The notes: generated by a model not told the origin, from the letters alone. A stretch of 64,000 nt of DNA from Octopus vulgaris (GCA_951406725.2 OX597832.1:35402001-35466000), one strand, 5' to 3'. Counted from the first letter of the stretch, positions 12,795 to 26,204 are shown. Made by a program: numbers and translations.

Positions 12795-13520
12795 AAGGAA
12801 AGGAAAGATATATAAAAAAAACAAAGATGGATTTATTTTCTAAGGCGATAGGAAAATATTTTCACCGGTATTCAATTACCTCCCTTGTATCATACTTTTT
12901 TTTTTTCTCTTTTTCTCGGAATTAAAAGAACAGAATTTTGTCAATTTTAAGGCTTTTCTCGTCCTGAGAACATTTCCCAATAATTAAGATTTGGATAATC
13001 TCTTTTTCAAGATAAAAATTTGGTTTCCATATGTTATTTCTTATTCAACCCAATGTTTTTAATATACTGATGTTTTCAGCATAACGTTATCCATACATAC
13101 ATAAATCCATTCATACACACACATATACATACATATATATACACACACACACACACACGTACATACATAAATCCATTCATACACACACACACACACACAG
13201 ACATACATACATACACACACACATATATACATATACATACACACACACACACACATATGTGAAAAGGAGGCGGAAGTAGCAGAGAAGAAAATCTAATTTA
13301 TTTCAATTGAAGAAGGAATTTAATAAAAATAATTTTATAAATTAAATAAAGAAAACATTTCCGGTTTTTTAAATATATTTTTTTAAATCATTTTTATTGA
13401 ATTCCTTCTTAAATTGAAATAAATTAGATTTACCTTATTTCCACCTCAATCTTTTCTATATAAAAAAATGTTTTTCAACCTAATATATATATATATGTAT
13501 ATATATATACACATATATAC

Positions 13521-13559
<39 letters not shown>

Positions 13560-13566
13560 TACGTAC

Positions 13567-13612
<46 letters not shown>

Positions 13613-13863
13613 AGATACGTATATATGGGGGAAATAGAGGGATATGATGGTAACAGTGAGACGGGGAGGGAGACAGGCGACAAGACAGAGAAAGGGAGAT
13701 TAGTTGTAGTCGTAAAACTGTATTATAGTCGTCACAGAGGTGAAGACAAATATATTTGTCTTCGGCTTTAGACTCTGACGAGATCTTCACGGAGTTCAGG
13801 CCTTTGTAGATACGAAACCATTGGATTATGTGTGCTTCTTTTTCGAATATATGATGTATTGAC

Positions 13864-13904
<41 letters not shown>

Positions 13905-13939
13905 ATTCTCTCTCTCTCTCTCTGTCTCTATCTCTTCAT

Positions 13940-13992
<53 letters not shown>

Positions 13993-14216
13993 CTCTCTCT
14001 CTCTCCCTCCCTACCTCCACTAGTTGAGTATGAGTGTCCCTTCGTTGCCGGACAATTTTTGAGGAACTTTCCGAACGGCACACCCACATAAGTTGGGTTT
14101 TGTTGTTTTGACGTAGATTTTTCGATTTCTTTTCACTTACAGTTTTGCAAATGATTTTTTTTTCGTGAAAAAAGTGTTTTTGAAAATTCATTAATCCCTC
14201 CTCCGCGGACCCATTT

Positions 14217-14586
14217 TTATTCTTTTATTGGTTTCAGTCATTTGAGTGCGGCCGTGCTGGAGCACCGACTTTAGTCGAATAAATCGACCCTAGGACTTAT
14301 TCTTTGTAAGCCTAGTACTTATTCTATCGGTCACTTTTTACCGAACCACTTAGTTACGGGAACGTAAACACACCAACATCGGTTGTCAAGCGATGATGGA
14401 CACACACACACACACACACTCATACGACGGGCTTCTTTCAGTTTCCGTCTACCAAATCCACTCAAGGCTTTGGCCAGCCCGAAGCTATAGTAGAAGACAC
14501 TTGCCCAAGGTGCCATGCAGTGAGGCTGAACCCGAAACAATGTACTTGGTAAGCAAGATACTTACCACACAGCCACTCCTACGCCT
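14217..14586 (-). mobile_element. Full-length tRNA-derived CORE-like SINE (octopus OR-type, recalled)
   Basis: Reverse complement head GGCGTAGGAGTGGCTGTGTGG (A box), GGTTCAG (B box), GGCACCTTGGGCAAGTGTC core, internal (GT)n, AAAAGAAT tail; close match to 58197-58600. Confidence 0.85.
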
Positions 14587-14635
14587 ATATATGTGTGTGT
14601 GTGTGTGTGTTTGTGTGCGTGTTCTTCGTTTTATA

Positions 14636-14702
<67 letters not shown>

Positions 14703-14728
14703 TATATATATGATGAAATGAAATGAAA

Positions 14729-14791
<63 letters not shown>

Positions 14792-15429
14792 ACGCGCTTA
14801 AAAACAATGCAAGACACCTTTGATAAATGTATGAATTCTTTCAACCCCCCCTCCTCCAACGCACTTTATACGGATGAAAGAAACCTTGAAAGGATAAATA
14901 AAAATTTCTTTTAGAAATCAGCGATTATAATCCCTACTTTTTTTACTTTCAAACAGAAAATGAGGCGTAATTTAAAAATAATAAATTTTCATTAACCACC
15001 ATTCCCACCATAAATCCTAACATTTTGGCTTAAAAATACTTTTTTTTTTATAAATCAGTTTTAAAATACCGTCAGTTCGAATGTTTATGGATTTAAAATA
15101 ATTTTCAGATGAAAAGATGTGTTGTAAGGGGGATTTACTGTTGTTTCTAGCACATCCTACGACCACTTGGTACTATACTCGTTTTTTTGTCCCTCTGACA
15201 TGTTTATTTTTCATCTAGTTTCAGCTCACGAGCTGTGGCCATGCTGGGGCACCGACATATTGATTTTCTTTCAATATTTTTCTCCACATAAACAAATTTT
15301 ATGGAATGATGATGTGGTGGTCCATTGCTGAGATTTAAGCAACAAAATGATTTGTAGTCTAAATTTCTAAACTCCACCCTGCACCAAGCGTATCCGCGTT
15401 CGTGTATGTGTGTGTATGTGTGTGTATGT

Positions 15430-15475
<46 letters not shown>

Positions 15476-15580
15476 TAGTGTGTGTGTGTAAGAAAAACAT
15501 TTACTAACAGAAAAGTATCCCATTAAAAGAAATTATCTTTTACATCCCTTTTTTAAATCACTCTGACGCCCTAATCAAAT

Positions 15581-15640
15581 TCCTTATACGCATACATATA
15601 TCCTTATACGCATACATATAGCCTTATACGCATACATATA
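15581..15640. repeat. 20-bp tandem repeat x3
   Basis: TCCTTATACGCATACATATA twice plus one variant copy. Confidence 0.95.
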
Positions 15641-15699
15641 CACACGCTGACGCGCGCGCACGCACACACAGAGACTTATTCATCTATCGTCCCGTGATG

Positions 15700-16090
15700 C
15701 TTAAATCTTGGAAAGTGGAGCCCCATCAGATAAAACTCCTAATTCAGGCAGTTTATGATGTCCTATGAAGCCCATACAACTGGTAATGCTGAAGTAAGTC
15801 AGAGTCGCCATCTTGCTCCTGTGCCCGCGAAGACGAACTCTGGGCTATCCAAAAGCTACGGAGAGTACGCTACTGCTGGAGGCATGATCGGGTTTTAAGG
15901 GTCATAACATAAATCATCCAAAGTAGGATTAGGGATGGCAAGCACCTCTGCCCAACGAAGTTCATGACTTTTGTCATGGCCGACGAAAAGAAGTTACCCG
16001 TTGCTAAGTCTGCGCCCTCGGGTCTACTTGTAAGAGCGAAAGACTGGGAGCTGAAAGGTGATCTGGGGAAGCAACTGAAGTTCGCTGGCA
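15700..16090 (+). mobile_element. Hero-like REL non-LTR retrotransposon relic
   Basis: WKVEPHQIKLLIQAVYDVL*SP...ESPSC, RYCWRHDRVLR, DWELKGDLGKQLKF; stops present; homologous to 54450-54800. Confidence 0.7.
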
Positions 16091-16442
16091 CTGTCCTGGC
16101 ACTGTCCCTGACACTGCCCCTGGCACTGTCCTGGCACTGTCGCTCTAACACTAAGGTCGGATGCGGGGCTGGTTTGTAAAGCATCCAAAACGTCCCCAAA
16201 ATATCCATTTCTACAGAGTTTTAGGATTTTGACATTATAGACTCAACAGGTTCTAATGCAACAGATTAAAAAGATGCGGGTATTGACAAGGTTTGGTCAC
16301 CCTGTAACAGACAGCGAAGTACAAGTCCTCCAAGTTAATGGAGGTTCAATTAAGAATTTAATAAATCACGTCCATGGGAAGAGTATAGAATAACAGAAAA
16401 TGCAGTTTATTGTTTTTCTGTTGACATTTTCAGATTTACAGT

Positions 16443-16452
16443 AATAATAATA

Positions 16453-16510
<58 letters not shown>

Positions 16511-16554
16511 CGACGATGACGATGACGACGACGACGACGACGACGATAATGATG

Positions 16555-16618
<64 letters not shown>
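16443..16618. repeat. (AAT)(GAT)(GAC)(AAT) compound microsatellite; target and tail of the Tx1-like LINE
   Basis: Read directly. Confidence 0.95.
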
Positions 16619-16619
<1 letters not shown>

Positions 16620-16620
<1 letters not shown>

Positions 16621-17350
16621 TCTTTTTTATTGGCCACAAGGGCTGACACACATGATTAGAAAACATAAAGGGACAAAACAGGACGAAAGGTTACAAAGGG
16701 TTTTGTCCGTTTGTGAAAAAAAATCGTGTAAAAACAGTTTAACAACGAAAGATTGTAACAATTAAAAACTCCCAATAGGGGGAGGCGCTTCGAAAGGTTC
16801 CTGGTGGAAAAAAACCCATAAAAGCCAACGGGAGCCTGGTCAAAAGGGGCGTAGAGAGCCCCTTTCTCCTTTTATAAAACCTTTTTGAATCACAGGCGAA
16901 ACCTGAGAACTGGTCCATTTATACTGGCCATTCTCGTACAATTCACCCACCTTTCATAAAACTTGCTATCTGGCAGCACTTTTCTTCTCTAACCTCATCT
17001 TCCTTTTCAAGTGAAACTTGAAAAAGTTGATGAGGCCTTGACCAAAGAGGAAAGTGTCTGACTTTAGCCCTTTCAAACGGGTCCACCATACCACCTCTTT
17101 CGCCACAGCCACTAGGCACAAGAAAACGGCCTCGCCCTCCTTGTTAAAGGAGGTCGGCGGGGCAGTCTTCACTGTGGATTCGGCCGATAGCCGGATCCGT
17201 CCTACACGTGACAGTAGTTGTTCGACATAAACCCATAGTTCAGCAATACTCGGGCACTGAACGAGTGCGTGCAGAACGGTTTCGTCGACCTGGCAAAATG
17301 CAGTTTATTGTTTTTCTGTTGACATTTTCAGATTTACAGTAATAATAATA

Positions 17351-17411
<61 letters not shown>

Positions 17412-19063
17412 CGACCGCTCAGTTCGTTATCGTCAACGCCTAGAGTTTCCCCGAGAACGTCGTCGCATTTTCCCTCCACTAACCCTCTATAGAACGCTAG
17501 AGTGGAGCTGAAACCGATCGCATTGCCCGCCTGGCGGAGGGCGGAGAGAGCGTGACGGCACTCGAGGTGCCAAGTGCCCTTTCTCGGTCTACGTTTGATC
17601 CAGGTCTGCAGCTCTGTCAAAGAGACGAGCTGCGGAAAGTCGCGTCTGACAAAAGACGACCACACCTGATCACCGTCTAGGAAACGCTTGAGATGTCGCA
17701 GCCTGAGCGCATGTCTGCGCATCAGCAACCACGGCATGCCAAGGCCTCCGTTCAGCGGTCGTTGACAGCAGATGGATCGCCTGACCAGTGGCACCTGACC
17801 CTTCCACAAAAAGTCGAAGAGCAGGCGTACCAGCTTGGCCAACCAGCGGTTGGGACAAGGGACGACGGTCAAGCGGTAATAGATGACGGATGCGATGTAC
17901 GCATTCGCCACCTCCGCTCGACCTTTCAGGGACAGCTTCCTCTCGGCCCATTTCTGGGTGAGACGTGCCACCCTGCTCGTCACCTCTTCCCAGTTTTTAT
18001 CCACCTGGAGGTCCGGACCGAACCAGACCCCGAGCAGTTTAACGGGTCCGTCTGTCCAGCGCCCTACGACGCTGTTGGACGGCATGGGCTTGCCTCTCCA
18101 GGTGCCTAGTTGCAAGCCCACAGACTTTTCCGCGTTAATCTTTGCCCCTGTCACCGCTTCGTACTCGTTTAGTGTCTCGCCAATCAGGCCAATGTGCCTG
18201 TGGCACGACACCATCACGGTGACGTCGTCGGCATAGGCAGACACGCTGTTTCCGCCTCCTAGATCGCGCGGGATACTCCTCAAAGCCTCCAACTCGCGCA
18301 GTAATGGCTCGAGAGTCAATATGTACAAGAGGGAGGAGAGAGAGCATCCTTGGCGGACCGAACGCGAGATGTCGAACGGTTCCGAAAGGTGACCGTTCAC
18401 CCGTATCACCGAGCAGATGTTGCTGTATAAAGCAGCGATCCACCCGCGGAAGACTGGACCGAAGCCGGCTGCCTTGAGAACAGCTGCCAGGTACCGATGG
18501 TCGACCCTATCGAAGGCTTTACTCTGATCTAAGTTGATCAAAGCCCCACCCACACTAGCGTCGTTACCCACCCTCTCTATGATGTAGCGCATGAGATTGA
18601 GGTTGTCGTGTATCGACCTGGTCGGCACGGCGCATGTCTGCGTCTTGCCGACCAGCTTGTCCACGACAAGCGCCAATCTCTTGGCTAGCACCTTGGCCAA
18701 AATCTTCAACTCTGCATTGAGCAGAGTGATGGGCCGAAAATTCCCTATAACGTCCCCCTTGTTTGGGTTCTTTTTTTTTTAGCAAAGCCACCACCCCTCG
18801 ACAGACAAAAGCAGGAATTCTCCCGTTTTGCGGCCAGTTGCAGTAGACGTTTGCCAACAGGCCCGCAAACAAGTCTGGCATTGAAGTGTAAAGCTCGTAG
18901 GGCAGACCATCCAAACCCGGCGATCTACCTCTCGTGCAACTCTTCATCGCTTCCTCCACTTCCCAGGCAGATATCGGTCCTTCGCAGCACTCTGCCTCGC
19001 TGTCCGAGAGTTGCGGTAGGCCGTCCAGGTACACACCGAAGTCTGCACCATTGTGCGTTCCAC
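16620..19063 (-). mobile_element. 5'-truncated Tx1/L1-group LINE, ORF2 disrupted
   Basis: SPGLDGLPYELY, NLDQSKAFDRVDH, SVRQGCSLS, SAYADD, C-terminal ETVLHALVQC; frameshift at the T-run 18771-18780; stop near 16890; 3' UTR ends AATAAAAAAGAAT+(TTA)n. Confidence 0.9.
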
Positions 19064-19121
19064 AATAATAATGATGATGATGATGATGACAATAACAATA
19101 ATAACAATAATAATAATGATG

Positions 19122-19210
<89 letters not shown>
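19064..19210. repeat. (AAT)(GAT)(AAC/AAT) microsatellite at the LINE 5' junction
   Basis: Read directly. Confidence 0.95.
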
Positions 19211-19684
19211 CTGCTATAATAATACTCTTGTGCCTTTCTCCGTCACAACATATGAATGAGAAAGGAAGGGGTGATATCAAACTGGAAGTGGGATGGTGAA
19301 CAGTCAACGCCGAAAAGAAAAATCAAACAGCGTTTCAACTCTGTGTGAGTATATGTGTGTATGTGTGTGCGTGTACAAGGGAAGTATGTGAATGTTTGTA
19401 TGTGTGTGCGTGTACAAGGGAAGTATGTGAATGTTTGTATGTGTGTTTATTATGAACACCTATAACAAGGGTGAGAGTCCCTGTAGCCACGCACCTGCAT
19501 ATATGCACAGATTAATTAATTCAGATCTTCACAAATCCTAAGAACTATTTTCACCCAAAGAAACGAACATTTCTTTGAAACATGCATCATTTCGAAGCTT
19601 TTATAAATGTCAAACGAAAACATTCATACAAATACACAAAGCTATAAAACATGCATTTAAGCATATGCATTTATATTTTTATAT

Positions 19685-20085
19685 ACATACATACATACAT
19701 ACATGCATACATACAAACATACAAACATACATACATGCATACATACATACATACATACAAACATACATACATACATACATACATACATACATACATACAA
19801 ACATACATACATACATACATACACACATACATACATGCATGCATACATACATGCATGCATACATACATACATACATACATACATACATACAAACATACAT
19901 ACATACATACATACATACATACAAACATACATACATACATACAAACATACATACATACATACATACATACATACACACATACATACATGCATGCATACAT
20001 ACATACATACAAACATACATACAAACATACATACATACATACATACATACATACATACATACATACATGCATGCATACGTACGTA
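19685..20085. repeat. ~400-bp degenerate (TACA)n
   Basis: Read directly; source of the HTYI/MYVC pseudo-ORFs. Confidence 0.97.
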
Positions 20086-20396
20086 CCTATGTATGTACGT
20101 ACGTACGTAACCTCATAAATATCCAATCTTACTCGCAAATCATAATTCAATTGAAGGCTATGACAGAAAATATTTGTCCAAAGTACCACGTGGTGAAATC
20201 GAACCAGAAACCACACGAACAAGATGTAAAATATTTACACACCGCAATACATACGCCCACATTGGGCGGCTACGATGTTATATTACAACACACACACACA
20301 CACACACACACTGAAATTCGCAACATACACACGCCCAAAATATTTCGTGAAAATAAGCCCATCCTTTCTCTTTTACATAAATAGATAGATAGATAG

Positions 20397-20441
<45 letters not shown>

Positions 20442-20818
20442 CTCTCTCTCACACACACACACAGACATGTATCTGCTAAAAGAAACTTGTTTTAACTTGT
20501 CTAGATTCTCTCTCTCTCACTCTGTGTGTGTGCGATTAGTTTTCCACACAACTTCGGGCATTTGTTTAGTGTGAATGTGTCTGATATGAGAATGTGTACG
20601 AGCGCATAAACATATTTATATACACATACGAACACAAATGGATCTATCGATAGCAAGCAATCTCTCTCTCCCACTCCCTCCTCCCCTCTCTCTATACATA
20701 CACACACACACATTCCCCACTCTTCATATATGGATATGTATATATACATACATGCATAATATATGCATATATATACACACACATAATATATATATATATA
20801 TTTGAGCGTATACGTGTA

Positions 20819-20872
<54 letters not shown>

Positions 20873-20909
20873 CATATATATATATATACACGTATATATA
20901 TATATATAC

Positions 20910-20961
<52 letters not shown>

Positions 20962-22074
20962 GTATATATACATACTCATCTATATATAAATGCGTACACG
21001 CAGTGGCCCGGGAGGGGCAAACTCAGTTCCAAAATTTGGCGCTACTAGAGAAGTGTGGATCCGAGTTCTGGGAGTGCGCATGTCACAAATTTGCGCAGAC
21101 GAGCGCGCTCGTCGTAAGTCGTCGATTTTACAGGCTAACAACGAGATGCGCTTTTCTTGCTGTAAAAGCTGGAGATGAATGTTTTGAAAACATTCTGAAC
21201 TATCTTTCAGAATGGTTTACTTTTCAATGAAATATCATTTTGTTATTTTTCATGTTTTTATTCAATTTATCTGCAATTTTCTTCTTGTATTAGATGAACT
21301 GCCTTAGAAAGGTGGCATCGTACAGCACTCTCCATTGATGGTGAGAGCCTTTTGAAAGTAGTCAATAAACACGATGCTTTTTGCAATCCAAAATCCTGAG
21401 GCCATCACCTTCCCTGCAGATTAAACGATCTTGATGACCTTCTTTGGAGTAAGTGTTGAGGAGTGTTTCCACGGTTAGATTATCTCTTATTCTCTAACTC
21501 AAAATGATGAACCCAGCACATTTAAGGAAACTGCCTGAAGCAATGTCAGATATTCTCGAAATGTCATCAGCCTGGTGCCCTTTTAATCAGGTGTCAGAAG
21601 AGGCAACACCCACCAAGCAGAAACTTTCATCATGCCAAATTTTCTCAGCTCTCACACGTGATACACGTAGAATATTCTCAGCTCTCACACGTGATATACT
21701 AATAACATTGGCAATTTATTTTTTTTCCTCCGATGGAGGCAGTTGCAGACTGTTCAGATCATTAGCCTTCTCAAAAATTATCTCTGCTCAAAACTTATTA
21801 ATCACTTTTGCACTGGTGATAAAACTGGATCACCATCCTCCGATATATCAACATGTCCTTGGGGACTGAATCCTTTCTCTACGGGTACTTGATAACAGCA
21901 CGATGCCAAATTTTGTTAATCTTCAAGAGAGGTCACTAATAGTTACTTTTGAAGTTTTCTCTGAACATTCAAATGTCAGTTTACCAAGAAAGAAATAATG
22001 AAGCTATAAGAAGTGTTAAAATGGAAGTAAGCTGAGTTTTTGCATCACTCCATAATTCACATGTATATAAAGAA

Positions 22075-23525
22075 AACCGTATCAACATATTCCAAAAGTT
22101 TTCCTACGCTCACACGTTTTGTTAATGAAATGTTTCATGAGGATGTGCAGTGTTTTCATCGTATATTTTTTCATGTACATGCATTATGGCACAATGTGTA
22201 AGACGGTGCTGTGACATTGTGTTACGGAGCCATGTCCTCAAACGGCGAAGTGCGTTGAATGTTCTTTCGCTTGATGCAACAGACATAGGTGAAGACAAGA
22301 CAAGCTGCATTAACACCAACACTTGTGGCACACTAGAACGAAAAATAGCACCAGACGCTCTCCATTTTTCAACTATGTCATTAAATGATTTAAGCAAAGT
22401 TTCCCTTTCCGTCCATAGGCCAGCAAGAAGTTTGATTTGAGATGACAATAAGAGCAAATCAAAAGAAGCAGGTAGATGTGCATTTTCAAAGTTAAATACT
22501 CCACAATTGACTGCTGACAACAGCAACTCCTCTCGTTCAGAGCATACACGCATTCCCTCTTGCTGAAACCGGTGAGTCAATTCATTTTCGATGACATCCA
22601 CTATAGAGAAAAATTGCCGACGCTAGACATCGGTGACAGAAAGAGCCACTTCTTCAGTAGTTGTTGTCTGCCTAAAGCGCAGTGGTGTGTTTTTGGATCG
22701 CGAAATGTTGGGCATTTTCACTAAGTCAGAAGAGGATACTTCATCGAAATATTTTTCAAAAACTTTCTCACGTCTCATTTTTGAAAGCGAGTTTTTCAAC
22801 TTTTCAATCAATTTCAAGCAATCACCGGCTGTCGTGCCTGGACGCTGTAAGCTACGTGCCACTGGCTCACATACTCCAAATATATCCCCAGCGATTTTAA
22901 TGCCGAACAAAGTGGAAGCTTTGCCAGATTGTTTTAGCAGACTTTTAACAGTAGCCTTTGTTGTTGCTCTTAACGACGAGTCATTAAGAAGGTCAAGCAG
23001 AAAATTCTGAATATTCTTATAATTGTTTTCTGCTCGATTCAGTGTTGTGGCTCTAATGCACCACCGAGTTGGACACACTGCTTGCAACATGATGACATTC
23101 TCACCACAAGATTTGCCCATTGTGCTTTTCTTTTTGGTGACTCTTTTACAAGAATGGCGCATTGATGAACAAAGTTCAGTGCATCAGCTACAAAAGTAAC
23201 CTTAGAACTAACTTCTTGGAGGACAAGGTCCAGAGAGTGGTTTCCACAGAGAGTGGTTTCCACAGAGAGTGGTTTCCACAGAGAGTGGTTTCCACAGAGA
23301 GTAGTTTTTCAATCGCATTTGTACACCTGAAATGTTTCCACTCGTGGTACTTGCACCATCGAATGAAAAACAGCATAACTTTGAGCCAAGTGAAATGTTT
23401 AGGCGACAAAAAACATCTAGAATAATCTTAGTCAATGTCTCCGAAGAGCAGTCAGGGGGATTATAAAAACCTAGAAAATCCTCATTGACATTCAGGTCTT
23501 CAGAAACGTACCGGACAGTGAAGAG
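22075..23525 (-). mobile_element. hAT transposase relic (ZMYM1-like group), frameshifted
   Basis: VRYV...EDFLGFY, SFDGAS, CGNHSLDL, CPTRW and hATC motif SVASSERTFNALRRLRTWLRNTMSQHRL. Confidence 0.88.
23231..23303. repeat. 16-bp tandem repeat x4.5 inside the hAT ORF
   Basis: CAGAGAGTGGTTTCCA perfect x4 plus a partial copy. Confidence 0.97.
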
Positions 23526-23894
23526 AAAGACAAGTAGAAATAGATAGGGAATGTTTTGCAAACAAGAGGGGAAAAGAAGCCGAGAGGAGCAGGATAGAAA
23601 ATTAAGACAATATCTGCCAGATGTTGACCGCTGAGTATGAACTCATAAGTATATACATAGACAGGCATAAAGAGTGAAATAGAGAAAGATTTTGAATTTC
23701 TGTGGATTACAACATGGCAGATGATTAAAAAGAGCAGACAGAAGAAAGAAAAAAGAAGAAAATAAAGGACCACGTTTAAGGCCACTGAATTGTAACGAAA
23801 GAACTCTGGTCGAACGAAAACCTGAAAAACAAATAGTGACCATCAAATAAATAGTGCTTGTGTTTTTATTGTCAAAACCAGCAACATGACCTCC

Positions 23895-24085
23895 CATCCA
23901 ATATGTTTCAAAAGACGATAGGCCATACTGGAGCACCGTCTTTTATTTGAACAAATCAATGCCAGGAATTATTCTTTGGAAGCTTTGTATTTATTCTATC
24001 GCCTCTTCTTCCGAACCGCCAAGTTACAGGGGCACAATCGCATCAACATTAGTTATCAAGCGATGGCGGGGTTACATACAGACAC
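23895..24085 (-). mobile_element. 3' part of CORE-like SINE
   Basis: GGCCATACTGGAGCACCG...CCGAACCGCCAAGTTAC...TCAAGCGATGG matches 14240-14400. Confidence 0.65.
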
Positions 24086-24138
24086 ACAAATACATACATT
24101 CGTATGTATATGCGTGTGTGTATGTGTGCTTGCATATG

Positions 24139-24313
<175 letters not shown>

Positions 24314-24320
24314 TCAGTTG

Positions 24321-24630
24321 AGGCACAATGGCCCAGTGGTTAGGGCAGCAGACTCGCGGTCATAGGATCACGGTTTCGATTTCTAGACTAGACTTTGTGA
24401 GTGTTTATTGAGCGAAAACACCTAAAGCTCCACGAGGCTCCAGTAGGGGCTGGTGGTGATCCCTGCTGTACTCTTTCATCACAATTTTCTCTCACTCTTT
24501 CTTCTGTTGGCCTGCTCACTTAGCCAGAGGGGTGGCGTCATTTAAAGGCTAAAACAATGCGAAACGCATTGTGACCAGCGATGTGTAGCAACATCTGATA
24601 GCCTGGTCGGTCACGGTGATCACGGTGATA
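24321..24630 (+). mobile_element. tRNA-derived SINE of a third family
   Basis: A box TGGCCCAGTGG, B box GGTTTCGATT, tail (CACGGTGAT)x2; lies in (TA)n. Confidence 0.75.
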
Positions 24631-24661
24631 TATATTAATGTATATATATGTGCGTGCTTGG

Positions 24662-24979
24662 TAGGGGTCACTAAACTTTTTTCACGGGGGCCAGATAAGT
24701 GAGAGAATGACGAGCGCGGGCCGCATAACCATTTGGCTCAAAACAATAACAGAGTGAATCCATAAGAAACCATAAGACAAAGCAACATATTTATCAGAAA
24801 GCAAAGAAGGCGACGTTAGCAATAAGATATCACATCCAGTTATATCACATTGATGCCATACGAGAGGCAGATGAACTCACATTGCGGGAACTTACGCAAA
24901 AGGTACAGCGCATCGGTGAGCCGGATGAACTGACCTCATGGGCCGGACCCAGCCCGCGGGCTGTAGCTTGGTGACCCTG
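24662..24979. mobile_element. hAT-Charlie-type MITE
   Basis: Imperfect TIRs TAGGGGTCACTAAACT / AGCTTGGTGACCCTG; subterminal GGGCC motifs; right flank GTCTAGGG resembles the NTCTAGAN target. Confidence 0.7.
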
Positions 24980-25124
24980 GTCTAGGGTGAAGGACCCTGA
25001 CGAAACTGCACCAACCATGATACTAGGTTGCATATTCAACGTATAGGTCCGGAAAATAATATGCTGTAAATAACTGTAAAATAAAATTATAGATGGGAAA
25101 AATCTCCACCTTCCTTATCATTAT

Positions 25125-25183
<59 letters not shown>

Positions 25184-26204
25184 TGTGTGTGTGTGTGTGT
25201 GTGTGTGCGTGTGTCTACCCGCGTAATAGAATGCATCGCCTCGGGCGCATTCATTACTTCTACCAAAATCTGATATAACTGTCAGTTACTGAAATATGAA
25301 GCTGTCCTCCAACAAGAAGGATCGTCACCGAGTGTGTCCAGTCAACTTTCTCCATCTGCTCCATTTAGCAATGACGCAAACCTTCCTCTCAAGGAGACAA
25401 AATGTGAGACCTAAAAATGAACTTTTAAAAGAGAATTAGACTTTAAAAAAAAAAGAAGATTAATCCCGAATTAAACGACGTTTAGTACCAATTTGCATAT
25501 CCTTTCATGCTTCCAATCGCGGCACACAGTTACCCTACATAGAAACTAGAAATTTCAAATCTTAGGACAAGGCCAGCAATTTCGGGAAGGGGGTAACTCC
25601 ATTACACTTGTAAGAATTAACACTTCCTTCTCCAAGCCTAGATTCGAAACCGAATCAAAGAATTCTCGGTCGTCCAAACCACGACAATCAACAGGCGCGA
25701 AAAAAAGTTTTCTTTGTCCTGTCAAAAATTGATTGATCATCTCCCTTTGACCTGCGACCTCATCATGTCAGGCAAAGTTCAACTGGACAGGCGCTGACCT
25801 ATTTAGGTACAAACTCTGCTGCAGTATGTCTGTCTTTCTAGCTGCCACAAATATTATAAAACCGAGAGAGGCGGGCAGACAACACGGAGCAGACAGACGA
25901 GATAGTCCACCTACAGAAGGTTTTGGCAGAGACCAAGAGAAATATTTCGAAGTGCTACGATCGACTACTGTTTCAAACGCACACACGCACACACACAAAC
26001 ATATTCATTCCTAATAGGACACCCCCAAATGTACTCTGTATTTCTAGCAACTCGTAGCAGTTGCCTACATTTTGTATGTAGTCTACCTACAACGAATCAA
26101 ACACTGTAAATAAATTATTTTCAATTATGGATCGGTTTACGTATTTGTTTACATACACATTCCATTTGCATCTATGTTCATTGATACACCTATAACCACT
26201 ACAC

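Noticed and set aside
13770-13830. CTGACGAG...CGAAAC hammerhead-like string
   Set aside because: Stem II needs a bulge, the U16.1 partner is missing and there is no convincing stem I
17330-17415. Poly-His tract at the end of the 489-aa RT ORF
   Set aside because: It is the inserted (GAT)n flank copy read on the minus strand, not a protein domain
19575-20384. HTYI/MYVC-repeat ORFs, also at 6415-6738 and 47550-47778
   Set aside because: Translations of (TACA)n; open in nearly all frames
23231-23303. CRISPR-like appearance of short perfect repeats, also 57715-57823 and 15581-15640
   Set aside because: Head-to-tail repeats with no spacers, in eukaryotic context with no cas genes
24321-24395. 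Possible third tRNA gene
   Set aside because: No acceptor-stem pairing; continues into a SINE body and tail
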